NCBI GenBank assembly: GCA_046726415.1
Contig: JBKPAK010000324.1
Span: 1-28,087, forward strand
Direction of reading: 5' to 3'
From: Candidatus Methylomirabilota bacterium
GTDB taxonomy: Bacteria > Methylomirabilota > Methylomirabilia > Rokubacteriales > CSP1-6
DNA length: 28,087 nt
Positions 18,451-26,404 of this stretch are shown piece by piece. How positions within the stretch are numbered: the first letter of the stretch is position 1; every line of letters starts with the position of its first letter. The position numbers and the translations under genes were made by a program. The notes beneath the pieces are model-generated. The model did not search any database. It saw nothing but the letters and a program-made list of their open reading frames with translations, and was not told where the DNA came from.

Positions 18451-19446
18451 TCAGGACGACGGCATCGCGAGGCGCTGCCAGGCCTCGCGGAGCCGATCGA
18501 GTGCGGCCGCCGGGAGCGGTCCACGGGCGACGGCGGCCGCCGCGTACTCGAGGTGCTCCAGGCTGGAGTATCCCAGGAGCACGGTGGACACCGCCTCCGA
18601 TCCTAGCGGGAAGCGAAGCGCCGCCTCGACCAAGCTCTCCGCATGACCGTCTCGAACGACGCCCTCGAGCAGTTGCGCCCGGTCGACGTCGCTAGCGTAG
18701 TCCGGCCCAGAGGCGATGGGCTCCACCGAGGGAACGGCTACCGGGTGGCGCTCCAGCCGGCCGCTGAGGGCGCCCGCCGCCAGTACGCGGATTACGATGA
18801 CGCCCACGCCGTGCCCGCGAGCCGGCGTCAGAAGTTGGCTGAAGTCCTGGGCCGGGAAGCCGCGAGGCACCGGGAAGCCGGCACTGGGATTGAGAAGGTT
18901 GTAGCAGACCTGAGCGGTGTCCAGAGCGCCCGCGGTCAACACGCGATGCACGGCATCGGTGTCGCCCAGCGCCGTGATGCCATAGAAGCGGATCTTCCCC
19001 GCCTCCCGCAGGCGCCCAAGAACCGCCACCACATCGTCGAGCACCGTGGAGACCACGAGGCTACGGCCGTCGGAGGTCGTCGCAATGCGATTGTGAAGTT
19101 GCAGCAGGTCGACGCGTTCCAGGCGCAGGCGCCGGAGGCTGGCCTCCAGTGAGCGCGTGATGGCCCCGCCGATGTCGCGAAGATCGTCTGGCTCGACGCG
19201 AAATTTGGTTCCGACGAAGACGTTCGGTCGGAGCCGCTGGAGGACCTCACCGAGATTCTCCTCGGACCGGCCGTGGCCATACGCGGCGGCGGTGTCGAAG
19301 TAGTTGACGCCCAGCTCCACCGCGCGCGCCACCGCGCGCTCGCGTTCCGCCGGCGTGCCTCGGACGATCAGCCCGCCCACGTCTCCACAGCCGAAGCCCA
19401 GCGCAGAGACCCGCAAACCCGTCCGTCCGAGCTGTCGATAATTCAT
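18451..19446 (-). CDS. Aldo/keto reductase
   Basis: YRQLGRTGLRVSALGFG, GVNYFDTAAAYG.G.SEE.LG, VGTK, SLRRLRLERVDLLQLH, GKIRFYG, YNLL; RBS AAAGGTGA. Confidence 0.95.
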   Translation of the reverse strand: MNYRQLGRTGLRVSALGFGCGDVGGLIVRGTPAERERAVARAVELGVNYFDTAAAYGHGRSEENLGEVLQRLRPNVFVGTKFRVEPDDLRDIGGAITRSLEASLRRLRLERVDLLQLHNRIATTSDGRSLVVSTVLDDVVAVLGRLREAGKIRFYGITALGDTDAVHRVLTAGALDTAQVCYNLLNPSAGFPVPRGFPAQDFSQLLTPARGHGVGVIVIRVLAAGALSGRLERHPVAVPSVEPIASGPDYASDVDRAQLLEGVVRDGHAESLVEAALRFPLGSEAVSTVLLGYSSLEHLEYAAAAVARGPLPAAALDRLREAWQRLAMPSS

Positions 19447-19502
19447 TCAGTCACCTTTCGAGTGAGCGCTTGCGCGCCCGTCGAACAACGGCGTGGGCAG
19501 CA

Positions 19503-20384
19503 TCAGGTCAGCCCGATCTCGGCGAGATACCGGCGCGCCCCGGGGTGGATGAGATCGGGGCGGGCCACCGCCGCTACCGTGTTGGCCGCCGTAGTCTCGC
19601 GCGCCTGGTCCAGGCGGGCGGCCAAGATCGGCTCGCCGCGGTGGAGCGCCCAGGCCAGTCGGTAAGCCACGTCATCGGAAAGGGTCGGCCTCGTCATGAT
19701 GAAGCTCCACGAGCCGACCGACGCGATCTCCGACATCTGCTCCGGGTACGCCCCAGCGGGAACGGTCAGCGACTTTAGGAAAGGATGTTGGGCCTGGATG
19801 TTCCGAATTCCGGCAGCATCGGGAGTGAGGAAGCGCGCGCCGGCCGGTCCACTCGCCACAGCCACAAAGCCCGGCCATCCCACTCCTCCACCCCACAGCG
19901 CGGCAACCCGTCCATCCAGCACCATGGCCGGCCCGTCACCGGCTCGATCCAGGAATACCGCCTGGAAGTCGCGCTGCTGATCGAGCCCGAGCCCGTCGAG
20001 CACGTACCGGGCGAGGATCACCAATCCCGAGCCGCGCGCCCCGAAGGCGACCGCCCGACCCTTCAGATCGTCGATCACGCGATAGGGCCCATCGCCGCGC
20101 ACGACGAACATGCCAGCCGTCGAGTACATGGCGCTCAGCACGTGCAGGGTCGCCGGCGGCCGGCCGACGCCATTCAACGCCTCGTGGGCCACCTCGCCCT
20201 GGACGAGGGCGAGGTCCAGCTCACCGGCCTCCAGCAAGGGGACGTTCTCCGTGCTCCCTTTGGTGTTGCGCGTTTCCACGCGGAGCGAGTCGTCGACCTC
20301 GTTGATCACCTCGGCGACCGCGTCGCCGTAGACTGGGAAGCCTCCCCCCGGTGTCGCGGTGCCGAGGACGATAGGCGTGCTCAT
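19503..20384 (-). CDS. TAXI-family TRAP transporter solute receptor (no signal peptide)
   Basis: LGTATPGGGFPVYG, TKGSTENVPLL, DLALVQGE, DLKGRAVAFGARGSG, IHPGARRYLAE; ATGA overlap with the upstream gene. Confidence 0.9.
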   Translation of the reverse strand: MSTPIVLGTATPGGGFPVYGDAVAEVINEVDDSLRVETRNTKGSTENVPLLEAGELDLALVQGEVAHEALNGVGRPPATLHVLSAMYSTAGMFVVRGDGPYRVIDDLKGRAVAFGARGSGLVILARYVLDGLGLDQQRDFQAVFLDRAGDGPAMVLDGRVAALWGGGVGWPGFVAVASGPAGARFLTPDAAGIRNIQAQHPFLKSLTVPAGAYPEQMSEIASVGSWSFIMTRPTLSDDVAYRLAWALHRGEPILAARLDQARETTAANTVAAVARPDLIHPGARRYLAEIGLT

Positions 20385-22030
20385 CTGGGCGGCGTCGCCG
20401 CCGGCCGGTACCTCGCGGGAGGCTGGCGCGTCGCGAAGAAGAGCGGGCGCGGCATCCGCCCCACTGGGACCTCGATGAGGGCTGGGCGATCGAGCTTCAA
20501 GGCCTCGCGGACGAGAGGACCCACGTCGGTCGGTTGCTTGGCTCGGAGGCCAACCACCCCGAAGGCCTCAGCCAGCTTCACGAAGTCGGGGTTGCGCAGC
20601 TCGGCGCCGTAGGTACCGCCCCAGTCTTCATCGAGGTCGCGCGCCACGTTGCCGTAGGCGCCATCGTTGAAGACTACGGCGACGACGTTGATCCCGTACT
20701 GGGCAGCCGTGGCCAGCTCCTGCACGTTATACATGAAACCGCCGTCGCCTGAGAGCGAGAGCACGGGGCGGTCCGGGCGCGCGACCTTGGCCCCGAGCGC
20801 CACGGGAAACGCGTAGCCGAGATTCCCTGAATACGACGACGTGAGATAGGTGCGCGGCCGGTAGACCGGCCAGAACGGCCGCGAGTAGTAGCCGATCTGG
20901 GTCATGCCGGCCACCACGATGGTCTCCTCCGGAGTTGCCGCGCGCAGGTTCCGGAGAATCGGCGCCTGCGGTTCCTGCCCCGCCATGCTGGCGATCGCCG
21001 CGCGCAGCGCCTCGCGCTCGGCCTTGCGGGGCCGGCGCGGCGGGCTCGACGCGCGCAGGCGCTCGAGGAGCGCTTCGAGCGTGGCGCGGGCGTCGCCCAC
21101 GAGCCCGAAGGTCTTCCCGTGATTGCGCCCGATCTCCTCGGGGTCGATGTCGATCTGCACGACCTGCTGCTCGGACTGGAAGCCGGCGAGGGCACAGCGA
21201 CTGCCCACGGCGAGGACGAGGTCCGCGGTCTCCATGTACTGCTTCAATTGGCTCTTCGACCAGATGGCGGCACCGAGGGACAGATCGCTGTCATCGTTGA
21301 CCGCTCCCTTTCCCTCCGCCGACTGGATGACGCCCGCCTGCAAGTACTCGGCGACCGCGGCCAGCGCCTCGTGAGCCCCGGAGAGATTCACGCCGCCGCC
21401 CGCGTAGATCACGGGGTTCTGGGCGGCGAGCAGCATCTGAGCCGCGCGGTCGATGTCGGCGCCGGCGGCGGCAGGGCGCACCCAGTGACCGGCCTCGAGC
21501 AACTCGACGTCTCCCTCTTCCTCCATCGTCTCCGGTGGCAGCTCGATTTCCACGGGGCGGGGCCGGCCCGTCTTGAGCTGGCGAACCGCCTCGCGGACTG
21601 CGGCGGGGATCTCCAAAACGTCGAGGACGCGCCGCCGCCACTTGGTGACGGGCGCCACCGAGTCCAGCTGATCGTTGACCTCGTGCAAGAGCCCGATGTT
21701 CTTGCCGATGCTCGCGCGCGGGATCTGTCCCGAGATCATCAGAACGGGCGATGAGGCCGCGTAGGCCGTGCTCAGGCCACCCAGCGTGTTCAAGAGGCCC
21801 GGGCCAGGTACGACGAGGGCCACCCCGATGTCACCCCCGGAGCGCGCGTAGCCGTCGGCCATGTAGCTCGTGGCCTGCTCGTGACGGGTCGTGATGAGGC
21901 GGATCCCGGGCTCGTCTCGCAGGGCGGCCAGGGTGCCGTAGATCTGTACGCCGGGCAGCCCAAACACCACCCGGACACCTTCACGGTAGAGAGACTTGAC
22001 GAGGGCTTCGCCACCGGTCATCCGCGCCAT
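20381..22030 (-). CDS. Thiamine-diphosphate-dependent enzyme (acetolactate synthase/decarboxylase superfamily), substrate unknown
   Basis: VFGLPG, RHEQATSYMADGYAR, VPGPG, PVIYAGGG, ThDP motif GDGGFMYNVQELATA...VFNDGAYG; RBS AAGGAG. Confidence 0.93.
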   Translation of the reverse strand: MARMTGGEALVKSLYREGVRVVFGLPGVQIYGTLAALRDEPGIRLITTRHEQATSYMADGYARSGGDIGVALVVPGPGLLNTLGGLSTAYAASSPVLMISGQIPRASIGKNIGLLHEVNDQLDSVAPVTKWRRRVLDVLEIPAAVREAVRQLKTGRPRPVEIELPPETMEEEGDVELLEAGHWVRPAAAGADIDRAAQMLLAAQNPVIYAGGGVNLSGAHEALAAVAEYLQAGVIQSAEGKGAVNDDSDLSLGAAIWSKSQLKQYMETADLVLAVGSRCALAGFQSEQQVVQIDIDPEEIGRNHGKTFGLVGDARATLEALLERLRASSPPRRPRKAEREALRAAIASMAGQEPQAPILRNLRAATPEETIVVAGMTQIGYYSRPFWPVYRPRTYLTSSYSGNLGYAFPVALGAKVARPDRPVLSLSGDGGFMYNVQELATAAQYGINVVAVVFNDGAYGNVARDLDEDWGGTYGAELRNPDFVKLAEAFGVVGLRAKQPTDVGPLVREALKLDRPALIEVPVGRMPRPLFFATRQPPARYRPAATPPR

Positions 22031-22088
22031 GCTGCTCGCTCCTTGACGTTGGTCGTGGGTGTCCCCGCGCTGAAGGGCGCAGCGCCTG

Positions 22089-22117
22089 AGCGTAGCCTCT
22101 CAGGTCGAGCCAGTCAA
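22089..22117 (-). promoter_or_regulatory. sigma70-type promoter for the ThDP-TAXI-AKR operon
   Basis: Minus strand TTGACT-17 nt-TACGCT, overlapped by the inverted repeat CCTGAG-N8-CTCAGG. Confidence 0.65.
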
Positions 22118-22231
22118 TTTGCCCCGGGCTACACTTGGAGGTCCATCGCCGCGGAGGGAAGCGCCATGCGACATGTCCTGCGCACCAGGGGAAGAACCCG
22201 CCATCGGCCCGCGCCTGCGCTTTGGAGTGCC

Positions 22232-22651
22232 ATGAGACGGGCCGTGCGCTGGCTCACCGTGTCGGCCGCCGCCCTGCTGGCCTTGTCCTTGGGCGGCTGC
22301 GCGGCCACCACCGTCGCGTCGACACCGGTCAGCCCCTCGGAGTTACCGACGCTCGCCGGCTTCTGGACGGGCTACTTTGTGGGAACGTCGGGCGCTGCGA
22401 GCCCCGCCGACATCACCATCCAGCCTGACGGCCGCTACGCCCTCGTGTTCCCGGGGGGTACAACGATGGAGGGGCGCATCAGCGTCACTCACGGTCAACT
22501 CGTTCTCAACAACGACTACCTCTCGGGCCCCGCCGTGGACGAGGCGGTAGCGACAGCGACACTGGCGCTGCACCAGAAGGGCAAGCGCCAGCAGCTTGTC
22601 GGTTTCGGCGAGAACGACGCGGGTCCCTTCTCCTTCAGCTTTGGCCGCTGA
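22232..22651 (+). CDS. Small hypothetical lipoprotein
   Basis: MRRAVRWLTVSAAALLALSLGGC lipobox; LAG.W.G beta-barrel-like body; GGAG before ATG 22232 (alternative ATG 22166). Confidence 0.75.
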   Translation: MRRAVRWLTVSAAALLALSLGGCAATTVASTPVSPSELPTLAGFWTGYFVGTSGAASPADITIQPDGRYALVFPGGTTMEGRISVTHGQLVLNNDYLSGPAVDEAVATATLALHQKGKRQQLVGFGENDAGPFSFSFGR

Positions 22652-22731
22652 CCGCAAGGCTTCTGGCCTTCAGCTTTGGCCGCTCACCGCAGGGCTTCTG
22701 GCCTTCAGCTTTGGCCACTGACCAAAGGGCT
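22632..22731. repeat. 35-bp tandem repeat, about 2.9 copies
   Basis: CCTTCAGCTTTGGCCGCTGACCGCAAGGCTTCTGG at 22632, near-identical copy at 22667, partial copy at 22702; the first copy contains the lipoprotein stop codon. Confidence 0.92.
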
Positions 22732-22762
22732 CCGCGCACCGGCGGTGTGAGACCGCGCCAGC

Positions 22763-22768
22763 TATACT
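22763..22768 (+). promoter_or_regulatory. -10 element of the rnpB promoter
   Basis: TATACT 7 nt upstream of the P1 helix; no recognisable -35. Confidence 0.55.
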
Positions 22769-22775
22769 GTGAGGA

Positions 22776-23146
22776 GCGCCAGAGAAGGACGGGCGATCGC
22801 TGGTCACGGCAACGTGGCGAGAGGAAAGTCCGGGCTCCACAGGGCAGGGTGCTGGGTAACACCCAGGGGGGGCGACCCCACGGACAGTGCCACAGAAAGC
22901 AAACCGCCGTTCTTCGATGAAGAGCGGTAAGGGTGAAACGGTGAGGTAAGAGCTCACCAGCGGCGCGGGTGACCGCGTCGGCTCGGCAAACCCCACCTGG
23001 AGCAAGGCCGAATAGGAGAGCTATCGGGTGGCCCGCCCGCGCTCTCGGGTAAGGCCGCTTGAGGCGCCGGGTAACCGGCGCCCTAGAGAGATGATCGCCG
23101 CCCCTCTCGGGGGACAGGACCCGGCTTACAGGCCTTCTCTGGCGCG
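22776..23146 (+). ncRNA. rnpB: Bacterial RNase P RNA (type A)
   Basis: P1 GCGCCAGAGAAGG (22776-22788) pairs with CCTTCTCTGGCGC (23133-23145); conserved GAGGAAAGTCCGGGCTCC, AGTGCCACAGAAA, GGGTGAAACGG, GGTAAGAG, GAGCAAGGCC, ACAGGACCCGGCTTA. Confidence 0.98.
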
Positions 23147-23254
23147 TTTCTTTAGATTTCCGCCAGTCCCATGACGCTTGACGCCGGGGAGACAGAAGGG
23201 CTTCTTTATGTCCCAGGCGGTTCACGCAGCTGCATGATCGGCCGGCGCGCGCCT

Positions 23255-23489
23255 CGCTCACGTGCGCGTCGCCTCTGGTTGTCGCGACGGACTCGTGACC
23301 AAGAAGGTCGCGAATGTCCCGGATGCCGGTGCCGCGCTCGAGGAGCTCGATCGCGTAGCTGTACCCAAACATGTGCGGCTCCACGTGGACCCCGATCCGC
23401 CGAGCGGCACGGCGCACCGCCCTGGTGACCGCTCGATAGGTGATCGGCCGGCCGGCCGCCGTGACGAACAGCGCCGCATCGATCCCTGG
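23255..23489 (-). pseudogene. C-terminal relic of a XerC/D-like tyrosine recombinase
   Basis: DAALFVTAAGRPITYRAVTRAVRRAARRIGVHVEPHMFGYSYAIELLERGTGIRDIRDLLGHESVATTRGDAHVS. Box II HxxR is degraded to HMFG and the catalytic Tyr position reads Asp; in-frame TAA at 23490-23492; no N-terminal half. Confidence 0.85.
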
Positions 23490-23513
23490 TTATCCAGGCG
23501 ATGGAGACGAGTG

Positions 23514-24536
23514 ATGAGGACAGCTCAGGTCTACCAGTTCACGCTGGCCCTCGTCGGAGCGGAGCCACCTGTCTGGAGGCGAATCCAGATACCCGAGAGC
23601 TACAGTTTCTGGGACCTGCACGTCGCCCTTCAGGACTCGATGGGGTGGCGCGACTACCATCTGCACGTCTTTCGCGTGGCGAGGCCCGGGACGGGCGACG
23701 TGGAGCAGATCGGCATCCCGGACGACGACCCCTTCGAAGGCGAAAAGCCCACCCTGCCGGGCTGGGAGATCCCCATCACGCGCTACTTCCCCCGCCCCGG
23801 CACTATCGTTCAGTACGAGTACGACTTCGGCGACGGGTGGGAACACGAGCTGACGCTCGAAGCAATCCTGCCGCGGCAAGCGGGCAAGAAATACCCGCTC
23901 TGCATCGACGGCGCCAGGGCCTGCCCACCCGAAGACTGTGGTGGCATCCATGGCTACGAGAACCTTCTGGCAGTGATCCAGGACCCCACCCACGAGGAGC
24001 ACGAGAGCATCCTCGAGTGGCTCGGTGGTCGATTCGACCCTGACACGTTCGATCCGAAGCGCGTGAAATTCGACAATCCCGCCCGCCGCTACCAGCTCGC
24101 GTTCGAGGAGCCCCTGGGGGTCCGTCGCACAACGAAGCTCGATCGCACACGTCGCATCGACGAAATCGCGGCGAGAGCTCTCGAGCTGGATCGCCGTGGG
24201 CGGATCGGCTGGCCAGGAGGCTTCTCGAGAGCCTCGAGACGCTATCGGACGTGGAGAACGAGCGCCTCCGAGCCGAGGAAGTTGAGCGCCGTGATGCCCG
24301 GCGGGATCCGACGCCGCCACACCCAAACGATCGCTGACCGACTCCGAAGTTACAGACCGGCCAGGCGCCGCTCCTCTTCTTCCTTGCGAAGCCGCTCGGT
24401 TCCGGCGGCGACTCTGGCACGCTCCGCAGCCTCGAGGCGCTCTCGCTCGCGCCGGGCCCGACCGGTACGATGCCGAGAGCGGCGAGGCCCACTATGTCGC
24501 ACACCACGAGCGGTGCGCCAACGGGCGTCGAGGTAG
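23514..24536 (+). CDS. Plasmid pRiA4b ORF-3 family protein; domain ends near 24110, then run-on tail
   Basis: PPVWRRIQIP...WDLHVALQDSMGW.DYHLHVF, YEYDFGDGWEHEL, YPLCIDGARACPPEDCGG..GY, FDPDTFD; GGAG 7 nt before ATG 23514. The roughly 140-aa tail is not family-like. Confidence 0.85.
   Translation: MRTAQVYQFTLALVGAEPPVWRRIQIPESYSFWDLHVALQDSMGWRDYHLHVFRVARPGTGDVEQIGIPDDDPFEGEKPTLPGWEIPITRYFPRPGTIVQYEYDFGDGWEHELTLEAILPRQAGKKYPLCIDGARACPPEDCGGIHGYENLLAVIQDPTHEEHESILEWLGGRFDPDTFDPKRVKFDNPARRYQLAFEEPLGVRRTTKLDRTRRIDEIAARALELDRRGRIGWPGGFSRASRRYRTWRTSASEPRKLSAVMPGGIRRRHTQTIADRLRSYRPARRRSSSSLRSRSVPAATLARSAASRRSRSRRARPVRCRERRGPLCRTPRAVRQRASR
24156..24337 (+). pseudogene. Frameshifted addiction-module antitoxin relic (TIGR02574/Unstab_antitox-like)
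   Basis: IDEIAARALELDRRGR, then after a frameshift near 24203 RLARRLLESLETLSDVENERLRAEEVERRDA...stop; resembles the family pattern ALxLxxxxRxxLAxxLLESL...W..E.ERR; no start codon. Confidence 0.6.
24350..24530 (-). pseudogene. Gene fragment: hydrophobic stretch followed by a charged coiled coil
   Basis: IVGLAALGIV then, in a different frame, ARRERERLEAAERARVAAGTERLRKEEEERRLAGL-TAA. Confidence 0.35.
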
Positions 24537-24586
24537 AGGCGGCCCCTGGTATCGTTTTCCGCAATGGGCGAAGACCAGCGAATGCC

Positions 24587-25264
24587 ATGAGCCCCGCCTC
24601 CCGGTCGCCTCGGCTACCCCCCGCTCACGCCCGGCAACGTCTCGCCGGTTCCGCGATAGGTAACGACACGGCCTACGCCGACGTCGAGGTTTCAGGAGAG
24701 TCCTTTGCCACAAGGACCCTGAAGAAGCTGACCCTGGAGCGGGCGGTCTTGAAGGATCTCGACCTCAGGGGGGCCCGGCTCGAGGGGTTGCGACTGCTGG
24801 ACGTGCGCGTGGAAAGCTGTGACCTTGCAAACGCCGTATGGCGCGACGCCTCCATGCACCGCGTGGAGTTCATCGGCTGCCGCGTCACCGGGCTCGATGC
24901 CGCCGAGCTGTCGGCGACCGGTCTTCGACTTCACGGCTGCGTGGGCGCCTTGACCTCGTTTCGCTTCGCGTCGCTCAAGCAGGCGAGGTTCGAGGACTGC
25001 GCGCTGACCGAGGCGGACTTCGGGAGTGCCACCCTGGTGGAGACTGTCTTCCGGGGCTGTGACCTGCGCGGCGCCATCGTCGTGGGCGCCCGAGTCCAGG
25101 GCGCCGACTTTCGCGGCTGCGATCTGGACGATCTCCGGATGCGATCCGGCGACCTCGCCGGCGCGATCATAGATCCCACGCAACTCATCGCCGTCGCCCG
25201 CAGCTTGGCTGCGGTCCTGGGTATCGTTGTGTGCGATCCCGATTCCCCGCCGGCCTGCAGCTGA
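24587..25264 (+). CDS. Pentapeptide-repeat protein (MfpA/Qnr/YisX-like fold)
   Basis: Tandem A/C-D-L/F-x-x repeats (CDLAN, ARFED, CALTE, ADFGS, CDLRG, ADFRG, CDLDD) and C-terminal LAGAIIDPTQ...LGIVV helix. Start uncertain (24470, 24494 or 24587); TGG-TATCGT at 24547-24555 favours 24587. Confidence 0.88.
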   Translation: MSPASRSPRLPPAHARQRLAGSAIGNDTAYADVEVSGESFATRTLKKLTLERAVLKDLDLRGARLEGLRLLDVRVESCDLANAVWRDASMHRVEFIGCRVTGLDAAELSATGLRLHGCVGALTSFRFASLKQARFEDCALTEADFGSATLVETVFRGCDLRGAIVVGARVQGADFRGCDLDDLRMRSGDLAGAIIDPTQLIAVARSLAAVLGIVVCDPDSPPACS

Positions 25265-26203
25265 TCGGACCCTGATAATGACCCTTCGCGGGGAAGCATG
25301 CGAGCAATGGGCGGCTCGAACAACGTTGACTTCCGGACGAACGCGGCGGCCACCCCGGCGCTCGACCTGTAGGGGCGAACGCGAGCGGAGCGCGGGATTG
25401 GCAGGGCGCCGAGGTGGCGCTTGGCCAGAGGCGCGCCTGCGCCGTGACGTGCCCGGATGGTCTCGTGACGTCGGCGCCTACGTTCTGCATCGACGGGATG
25501 CCCTCAGTCGGCGCCGAGCTTGCGGCATCGGCACGGGGCCATGGGCAGCGGACCGAGTACCCCCGTATCGGTCGGCGTGACGATGGCGCGGTCCGGATGG
25601 TCGGCACCTGCGAAGTCCTGATGATCTGGTGACGCCGGCTGAGCTATGCCGAGCTGCTGTGGCTCCAGGCTGAGCCGTATGCACTGCTCTCCGTGGCCCG
25701 TCGCGGGGTGATCTTCTCGGCTCCACCAGCCGCGACTCTTGGCGCCGGCGCGCAGACGCTCCGAGTCGCCCCCTACGGCGCAGGTCGTCGCCGGGGGAGT
25801 CAGGATCTCGGCGGGTACCAGACCCTCCGAGTGTCAGCGCCGGAGCAGACCATCTCGCCGGCGACTACTCTCCAGTCGGGGCTGCAACGAATCATCGTCA
25901 CCGACGACGCGACGCGGCGGGTGCGAGCGCCCCGCTGGACAGCCACCCGCTCGAGCTCAGTCACGACTCGGGGCCTAGTTCCGGCTGACGTGGCGAATCG
26001 CGAAGGGCCGCAGGGACTGGACGCTCACGCCGACGGCTGGGCTGTCACCGCGTCCGGCCTGTGTGTGTAGAGCAGCCATCGTGAACGGCACTCGCATGCG
26101 GTTGAGGGCCTCGCCGATGGCCCGGAGCGTCTCCGAGAAGGGCTTCACGATCTCTTCCGCGAACCCGCGCTGAAGCTCAGCGTCTTTTCAGGTCGGGGGT
26201 CGA

Positions 26204-26305
26204 TCACCACAGCGCCGCCAGTGATCCCGTCCTGAAGATCTTGGCGAGGATGGCGATGATGAACGCTGCCAGGGCGAGCAGAAAACCTAAGGCGAGTCGT
26301 CGCAT
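26204..26305 (-). CDS. 33-aa single-helix membrane peptide (not in ORF track)
   Basis: MRRLALGFLLALAAFIIAILAKIFRTGSLAALW; GGAGGA 5 nt before the ATG. Confidence 0.6.
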   Translation of the reverse strand: MRRLALGFLLALAAFIIAILAKIFRTGSLAALW

Positions 26306-26404
26306 TCTGATCCTCCGCGCTGAGGTTGCTCGGTCAGGCTGGGATGATCGCGCTTGAGAAATCTCGGGGAAGCCTTCTGGCTCGGCTGGGTCCGTGTCAT
26401 TGGC

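Noticed and set aside
19447..19502. Half attC-like sequence (minus strand GCCCACGCCGTT-GTTCGAC) before the aldo/keto reductase
   Set aside because: No complementary core site after the reductase or TAXI stop codons; too short to distinguish from chance.
22031..22090. TPP riboswitch upstream of the ThDP enzyme
   Set aside because: The predicted leader is only about 50 nt and lacks the CTGAGA...CCTGA...TAATGC core.
22632..22731. Possible CRISPR array (35-bp units)
   Set aside because: Units are contiguous with no unique spacers, and no cas genes are in the window.
22635..23417. 260-aa minus-strand ORF as a real gene
   Set aside because: Only its first 50 or so codons are integrase-like; the rest is antisense to rnpB and the tandem repeat.
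23255..25300. Complete integron (intI with divergent cassettes)
   Set aside because: The relic lacks the IntI-specific insertion and looks Xer-like; no full attC was found after the downstream genes.
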